NCBI RefSeq assembly: GCF_006345805.1
Contig: NW_021829996.1
Location: forward strand, 1-5,556
Length of the DNA stretch: 5,556 bases
Direction: 5' to 3'
Source of the DNA: Octopus sinensis
Lineage: Eukaryota
The notes beneath the pieces are model-generated. The model was not told where the DNA came from and did not search any database. It saw only the letters and a list, made by a program, of their open reading frames with translations. A program made the position numbers and the translations under genes. Shown in pieces: positions 1 through 5,556 of this stretch; within the stretch, counting starts at the first letter, position 1, and every line of letters starts with the position of its first letter.

Positions 1-79
1 CATAAACTTATAGTTGTTTGATGAAACAGGCCCTCCGCAGGAGCTAGGTCGCGGTGAGCGAAGCGAGCTGCCGAGCTAG
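1..79 (+). mobile_element. Probable 3' terminus of a Helitron-like (rolling-circle) element; the rest lies upstream of the window
   Basis: GC-rich non-satellite segment ending CTAG (76-79), followed directly by T (80), where the satellite begins in register (TATATTATGAAATTT, normally preceded by GCGTAA, giving an A|T site). Subterminal imperfect hairpin 51-71 has a GCGAAGC core (58-64). An upstream CTCC-GCA-GGAG hairpin (33-43) is followed by another CTAG (44-47). Hairpin plus CTRR and A|T insertion are the established Helitron 3' signature. The 5' TC end is not visible. Confidence 0.55.
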
Positions 80-1478
80 TATATTATGAAATTTAGGGAC
101 GTCCGTGATATGAAATTATGGGGTACTTGAGATTATGTAAGTAATTGCGTAATTATTAGGAAATTTAGGGACGCCTTTGATATGAATATATGGGGAGTAC
201 TTGAGATTATGTAAGAAATTGCGAAATATATATGAAATTTAGGCACGGCACTGATAATAATTATGGAGAGTACTTGAGATTATGTAATAATTGCGTAATA
301 TATAATGAAATTTAGGCACGGCACTGATATGAATATATGGAGAGAGTCTTGAGATTATGTAATAAATTGCGTAATATATAATGAAATTTAGGCACGTCAT
401 GACATGAAATTATGGGGTACTTGAGATTATGTAAGTAATTGCGTAATATTTTAGGAAATTTAGGGACGTCCGTGATATGAATATATGGGAGTACTTGAGA
501 TTATGTAAGAAATTTATATATATAATGCAATTTAGGCACGGCACCGATATGAATATATGGGGAGTACTTGAGATTATGTAGGAATTGCGTATATATAATG
601 AAATTTAGGCACGGAACTGATATGACTATATTGGAGTCTTGAGATTATGTAAGAAAGTTGCGTAATATATAATGAAATTTAGGCACGTCATGATATGAAA
701 TTATGGGATATTTGAGATTATGTAAGAAATTGCGTAATATATTAGGAAATTTTAGGACGCATGTGATATGAATTATATGGGGAGTACTTGAGATTATGTA
801 AGTAATTGCATATAATTATGAATTTAGGACGCCTGTGATATGAATATATGGGGTCTTGTACTTATGTAAGAAATTGCGTAATATATTATTAAATTTAGGG
901 ACGTCCTGATATGAATATATGGGGTACTTGAGATTATGTAAGTAATTGCGTAATATATTATGAAATTTAGGGACGTCCCTGATATTAATATATGGGGTAC
1001 TTGAGATTATGTAATAAATTGCGTAATATATAATGAAATATAGGCGCGGCACTGATATGAATATATGGAGAGTACTTGAGAATATGTAATAAATTGCGTA
1101 ATATATTATGAAATTTAGAGACGTCCGTGATATGAAATTATGGGGTACTTGAGATTATGTAAGTAATTGCGTAATATATTATGAAATTTAGGGACGCATG
1201 TGATATGAATATATGGGGAGTACTTGAGATTATGTAAGAAATTGCGTAATATATAATGAAATTTAGGCACGTCAGTGATATGAAATTATAGGGTACTTGA
1301 GATTATGTATGAAATTGCGTAATATATTAGGAAATTTAGGGACGCATGTGATATGAATATATGGGGAGTACATGAGATTATGTAAGAAATTGCGTAATAT
1401 ATTATGAAATTTAGGGACGCCTGTGATATGAATATATGGGGAGTACTTGAGATTATGTAAGAAATTGCGTTATAAATA

Positions 1479-2443
1479 ATGAAATTTAGCCACGTCCGTG
1501 ATATGAAATTATGCGGTACTGAGATTATGTAAGTAATTGCGTAATATATTAGGAAATTTAGGGACGCCTGTGATATGAATATATGGGGAGTACTTGAGAT
1601 TATGTAAGAAATTGCGTAATATATTATGAAATTTAGGGACGTCCGTGATATGAAATTATGGGGTACTTGAGATTATGTAAGTAATTGCGTAATATATTAG
1701 GAAATTTAGGGACGCCTGTGATATGAATATATGGGGAGTACTTGAGATTATGTAAGAAATTGCGAAATATATAATGAAATTTAGGCACGGCACTGATATG
1801 AATATATGGAGAGTACTTGAGAATATGTAATAAATTGCGTAATATATAATGAAATTTAGGCACGGCACTGATATGAATATATGGAGAGTACTTGAGATTA
1901 TGTAAGAAATTGCGTAATATATTAGGAAATTTAGGTACGCCTGTGATATGAATATATGGGGAGTACTTGAGATTATGTAAGAAATTGCGTAATAAATAAT
2001 GAAATTTAGGCACGTCCGTGATATGAAATTATGGGGTACTGAGATTATGTAAGTAATTGCGTAATATATTAGGAAATTTAGGGACGCCTGTGATATGAAT
2101 ATATGGGGAGTACTTGAGATTATGTAAGAAATTGCGTAATATATTATGAAATTTAGGGACGTCCGTGATATGAAATTATGGGGTACTTGAGATTATGTAA
2201 GTAATTGCGTAATATATTAGGAAATTTAGGGACGCCTGTGATATGAATATATGGGGAGTACTTGAGATTATGTAAGAAATTGCGTAATATATAATGAAAT
2301 TTAGGCACGGCACTGATATGAATATATGGAGAGTACTTGAGATTATGTAATAAATTGCGTAATATATAATGAAATTTAGGCACGGCACTGATATGAATAT
2401 ATGGAGAGTACTTGAGATTATGTAATAAATTGCGTAATATATA
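1479..2443. repeat. 520-bp (7-monomer) higher-order duplication within the satellite
   Basis: The same order of monomer types recurs at a 520-bp offset. Rare variants are shared: the 1-bp deletion TACTGAG at 1517 and 2037, and the monomer end ATAAATA at 1472-1478 and 1992-1998. Confidence 0.85.
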
Positions 2444-3108
2444 ATGAAATTTAGGCACGTCAGTGACATGAAATTATGGGGTACTTGAGATTATGTAAGT
2501 AATTGCGTAATATATTAGGAAATTTAGGGACGTCCGTGATATGAATATATGGGGAGTACTTGAGATTATGTAAGAAATTGCGTAATATATAATGAAATTT
2601 AGGCACGGCACTGATATGAATATATGGGGAGTACTTGAGATTATGTAAGAAATTGCGTAATATATAATGAAATTTAGGCACGTCAGTGATATGAAATTAT
2701 GGGGTATTTGAGATTATGTAAGAAATTGCGTAATATATTAGGAAATTTAGGGACGCATGTGATATGAATATATGGGGAGTACTTGAGATTATGTAAGAAA
2801 TTGCGTAATATATTATGAAATTTAGGCACGTCCGTGATATGAAATTATGGGGTACTTGAGATTATGTAAGAAATTGCGTAATACATTAGGAAATTTAGGG
2901 ACGCATGTGATATGAATATATGGGGAGTACTTGAGATTATGTAAGAAATTGCGTAATATATAATGAAATTTAGGCACGTCACTGATATGAAATTATGGGG
3001 TACTTGAGATTATGTAAGAAATTGCGTAATATATTAGGAAATTTAGGGACGCATGTGATATGAAATTATGGGGTACTTGAGATTATGTAAGTAATTGCGT
3101 AATATATT

Positions 3109-4061
3109 ATGAAATTTAGGGACGCCTGTGATATGAATATATGGGGTACTTGAGATTATGTAAGAAATTGAGTAATATATTATGAAATTTAGGGACGTCC
3201 CTGATATGAATATATGGGGTACTTGAGATTATGTAAGTAATTGCGTAATATATTATGAAATTTAGGGACGTCCCTGATATGAATATATGGGGTACTTGAG
3301 ATTATGTAAGTAATTGCGTAATATATTATGAAATTTAGGGACGCATGTGATATGAATATATGGGGTACTTGAGATTATGTAAGTAATTGCGTAATATATT
3401 AGGAAATTTAGGTACGCCTGTGATATGAATATATGGGGAGTACTTGAGATTATGTAAGAAATTGCGTAATATATTATGAAATTTAGGGACGTCCGTGATA
3501 TGAAATTATGGGGTACTTGAGTTTATGTAAGTAATTGCGTAATATATTATGAAATTTAGGGACGTCCGTGATATGAATATATGGGGTACTTGAGATTATG
3601 TAAGAAATTGCGTAATATATTATGAAATTTAGGGACGTCCCTGATATGAATATATGGGGTACTTGAGATTATGTAAGTAATTGCGTAATATATTATGAAA
3701 TTTAGGGACGTCCCTGATATTAATATATGGGGTACTTGAGATTATGTAAGTAATTGCGTAATATATTATGAAATTTAGGGACGCATGTGATATGAATATA
3801 TGGGGTACTTGAGATTATGTAAGTAATTGCGTAATATATTAGGAAATTTAGGTACACCTGTGATATGAATATATGGGGAGTACTTGAGATTATGTAAGAA
3901 ATTGCGTAATATATTATGAAATTTAGGGACGTCCGTGATATGAAATTATGGGGTACTTGAGTTTATGTAAGTAATTGCGTAATATATTATGAAATTTAGG
4001 GACGCCTGTGATATGAATATATGGGGTACTTGAGATTATGTAAGAAATTGCGTAATATATT
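3109..4061. repeat. 440-bp (6-monomer; 5x73+75) higher-order repeat, about 2.2 copies
   Basis: Rare variants recur exactly 440 bp apart: GAGTTTATG (variant T at 3522 and 3962) and AGGTAC-type monomers starting at 3401 and 3841. The copies differ by about 4-5 substitutions, counted by eye. Confidence 0.9.
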
Positions 4062-4194
4062 ATGAAATTTAGGGACGTCCGTGATATGAAATTATGGGGT
4101 ACTTGAGATTATGTAAGTAATTGCGTAATATATTAGGAAATTTAGGGACGCCTGTGATATGAATATATGGGGAGTACTTGAGATTATGTAAGAA

Positions 4195-4206
4195 ATTGCG
4201 TAATAT
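4195..4206 (+). repeat. Target-site duplication, left copy (ATTGCGTAATAT; 11 bp if the final T belongs to the poly(A) tail)
   Basis: Identical to 5296-5307. Removing the insert and one copy restores a normal 75-bp monomer. Confidence 0.92.
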
Positions 4207-4216
4207 TTTTTTTTTT
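4206..4216 (-). other. Poly(A) tail (A11; one A is ambiguous with the TSD)
   Basis: Uninterrupted T11 on the + strand between the TSD and the 3' UTR. Confidence 0.9.
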
Positions 4217-4243
4217 GAAAATAAAACACAAAAAAAATGATTA
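4217..4243 (-). other. 27-nt U-rich 3' UTR of the retrotransposon
   Basis: Minus strand TAATCATTTTTTTTGTGTTTTATTTTC lies between the stop codon and the tail. There is no AATAAA on the element strand. Confidence 0.85.
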
Positions 4244-5293
4244 TCATAATCTTAAGCTGCTGATGATCGAGAAGACGTTGCCCCTCAGGATCGCAATGGA
4301 TATTCTTTGGAACAACCATTGCTTCTCCCGAGGCTCTCTCCGTCTTCTCGAGATCAGATTCCCGATTTTAACGACGAGTTCAAACGATTTTTGGCTCATG
4401 GCCCCGGAGGTTTCTACAGATATTGGGGAGAAGATAAAGTTGTCCAGCAGGTTGGAATATTTCTGACCTTTATGTACCTCAGCCTTCTCAGCGGCTGAGC
4501 CTGGACTGATCGCGGAGTCAACTATATTGGTCTTTGAGAAGGTGTCTGTGCACGTGGAGTCCCACGCGAGGCATTTCCCATTACTCCACGGGAAAATGGT
4601 GACTCCATCTGGGCGTTTACCGTCTCCACGGTCAAGCCCAACTGGTTCCAGTTCTGTCGGGAATCCAGCTGCTTGTAACGCAGCCGAAATAGTCTCGTTG
4701 ATAGCGGAGTGTCTGGGAGCACGGCCAGCACTCCTTCTGCATGACAGGGGATGTAGTCCTTTGGTATCGACTTTACTCCCACATCGGCATTGGCCCCCCG
4801 AACAGACATTAAGTCCCAAGCGCATTGCTACGCCAATCCTCACACAGTCATTATCGAGAAGGGTTCCAGATTGGGAGCAAGGGAGGGCATTAAGCCACGC
4901 TCCACTTTCAGGTCTGGCAGCGGCACCGAAACAAGCGAGGCGATGCTGATCCAATGTAGGTCTGATTGCTTCCATTTTAGCTTTGCTGGAGATATCATCC
5001 CATTCCCATTGGCGTGAAATGTTAGATGGAATGGCCAATCCAGATCCCTTCCAGAATTCGCAAGCTCCAGAGAAAACCCGGTCCTCTTCCAATCCGCGAG
5101 AGTTACGTAGGATTTGGGTGATGAGGGCTTGGGAGCTCGCACGTGAGGAAAGGAATGCAGGAAGAGCCATGTCCAGAGGTGAACGGAGTCCAACTCCGCC
5201 AAGGCGTAGAGGTAATTTGCAGCAAGTCCAACCAGCGTCATCAAAGGATATGTTTAGGATTTTTTCAGCGGCCAACTTCAGAGAAGTATCGAG
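4244..5293 (-). CDS. C-terminal fragment (349 aa) of an RLE non-LTR retrotransposon polyprotein: end of RT/thumb, CCHC zinc knuckle, restriction-like endonuclease
   Basis: The ORF-track start at 5275 is a TTG (Leu), and the frame continues as LDTSLK up to the junction, so there is no true start. Motifs: W..LPLRLGGVG (thumb), SGAWLNALP, CRCGSKVDTKGLHPLSC (CxCx9Hx3C), RHSAINE, EP, RPDG, WD, KGQKY, PISVETSG, QRISIAILRGN. Stop TGA at 4246-4244 is followed by TAA. No internal stops or frameshifts, but it lacks the RT core and cannot be autonomous. Confidence 0.9.
   Translation of the reverse strand, partial: LDTSLKLAAEKILNISFDDAGWTCCKLPLRLGGVGLRSPLDMALPAFLSSRASSQALITQILRNSRGLEEDRVFSGACEFWKGSGLAIPSNISRQWEWDDISSKAKMEAIRPTLDQHRLACFGAAARPESGAWLNALPCSQSGTLLDNDCVRIGVAMRLGLNVCSGGQCRCGSKVDTKGLHPLSCRRSAGRAPRHSAINETISAALQAAGFPTELEPVGLDRGDGKRPDGVTIFPWSNGKCLAWDSTCTDTFSKTNIVDSAISPGSAAEKAEVHKGQKYSNLLDNFIFSPISVETSGAMSQKSFELVVKIGNLISRRRREPREKQWLFQRISIAILRGNVFSIISSLRL
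4457..4714 (-). other. Restriction-like endonuclease (PD-(D/E)xK-type) domain core
   Basis: RH (188-189), E210, RPD (D223 at 4609-4607), D239, K269 and KY (272-273) occur in the order expected for the RLE domain of R2/R4/NeSL/CRE elements. Confidence 0.85.
4739..4789 (-). other. CCHC zinc knuckle (C163, C165, H175, C179 of the 343-aa track ORF)
   Basis: Translation CRCGSKVDTKGLHPLSC lies just upstream of the RH..E..RPD nuclease motifs, as in RLE-type elements. Confidence 0.85.
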
Positions 5294-5295
5294 CG

Positions 5296-5307
5296 ATTGC
5301 GTAATAT
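5296..5307 (+). repeat. Target-site duplication, right copy (ATTGCGTAATAT)
   Basis: Identical to 4195-4206; the satellite resumes in register. Confidence 0.92.
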
Positions 5308-5556
5308 ATTATGAAATTTAGGGACGTCCCTGATATGAATATATGGGGTACTTGAGATTATGTAAGTAATTGCGTAATATATTATGAAATTTAGGGACGT
5401 CCGTGATATGAAATTATGGGGTACTTGACATTATGTAAGTAATTGCGTAATATATTATGAAATTTAGGGACGTCCCTGATATGAATATATGGGGTACTTG
5501 AGATTATGTAAGAAATAGCGTAATATATAATGAAATTTAGGCACGTCAGTAATATG
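5296..5556. repeat. Continuation of the 73/75-bp satellite (monomers at 5311, 5384, 5457, partial at 5530)
   Basis: Same consensus and orientation as the left array; it runs off the end of the window. Confidence 0.97.

Larger units (their letters stand above)
80..4206. repeat. Tandem satellite array, 73/75-bp monomer, 56 monomers (the last interrupted by the retrotransposon)
   Basis: Consensus A(T/G)GAAATTTAGG(G/C)ACGnCnnTGATATGAA(AT/TA)TATGGGG(AG)TACTTGAGATTATGTAAG(T/A)AATTGCGTAATATAT(T/A). Monomer starts parsed by eye: 86, 158, 232 ... 1626, 1699, 1774 ... 4062, 4135. Units are 73 bp without and 75 bp with the AG insertion. Confidence 0.97.
4207..5295 (-). mobile_element. 5'-truncated non-LTR retrotransposon, RLE type, CRE-like clade (about 1.09 kb)
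   Basis: Abrupt shift to about 50% GC. Minus-strand ORF with RT-thumb, CCHC and RLE motifs, a short 3' UTR, a poly(A) tail and flanking TSDs. The reading frame is open up to the 5' junction, typical of premature termination during target-primed reverse transcription. Clade assignment comes from motif recognition, not a database search. Confidence 0.93.

Noticed and set aside
816-2681. Minus-strand ORFs with 25-aa repeats (VPKFHYILRNFLHNLKYSPYIHISA and its alternative frame)
   Set aside because: They are translations of runs of 75-bp monomers. Interspersed 73-bp units break the frame repeatedly, two frames are equally open, and no zinc-finger, TALE or other domain is recognisable.
80-4206. 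CRISPR array or other repeat-spacer system
   Set aside because: Units are head-to-tail with no unique spacers, the variable part is only about 5 nt with recurring alleles, there are no cas genes, and the context is eukaryotic.
80-4206. Spliced-leader or snRNA gene array (the classic CRE/NeSL target)
   Set aside because: The 73-75 bp unit is too short for gene plus spacer. I see no convincing SL exon with GT donor and Sm site; AATTTAGG is not a proper Sm motif.
80-4206. G-quadruplex-forming array
   Set aside because: Only two G3-4 runs occur per monomer, separated by loops of about 16 and 50 nt, which is too long for canonical G4.
4220-4225. AATAAA polyadenylation signal
   Set aside because: It is on the + strand, opposite to the element's transcription, and no + strand gene precedes it.
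4092-4319. Minus-strand ORF crossing from the element through the poly(A) into the satellite
   Set aside because: Chance chimeric frame made of low-complexity UTR, tail and satellite sequence.
5273-5275. Start codon of the 343-aa ORF
   Set aside because: It is TTG (Leu) within a frame open to the 5' junction, so the element is truncated and this is not a real initiation site.
4215-5321. Plus-strand and alternative-frame ORFs overlapping the element (4215-4466, 4307-4498, 4522-4809, 4527-4949, 4790-5017, 4840-5244, 4983-5321)
   Set aside because: These are shadow ORFs of a ~50% GC coding region and show no recognisable motifs.

Overview
This is eukaryotic repetitive DNA with no intact host gene. 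About three quarters of it is an AT-rich tandem satellite (~31% GC, G-skewed on +) with a 73/75-bp monomer: 56 monomers at 86-4206 and about 3.4 more at 5296-5556. The array has local higher-order repeats of 520 bp and 440 bp and a degenerate left edge. It is interrupted at 4207-5295 by a 5'-truncated, minus-strand non-LTR retrotransposon of the restriction-like endonuclease (RLE) type, most similar to the CRE clade. The element carries the end of the RT/thumb region, a CCHC knuckle and a PD..D..K nuclease, followed by a 27-nt 3' UTR, an A11 tail and a perfect 11-12 bp target-site duplication. Bases 1-79 look like the 3' terminus of a Helitron-like element (GNA-triloop hairpins, CTAG, then T). 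Both mobile-element junctions fall within 2-3 bp of the same monomer position, at a TAATATATTA palindrome next to a C/EBP-like ATTGCGTAAT motif. The most interesting hypothesis is a satellite-targeting CRE-like retrotransposon, but one insertion cannot prove site specificity. The host organism cannot be determined from the sequence.
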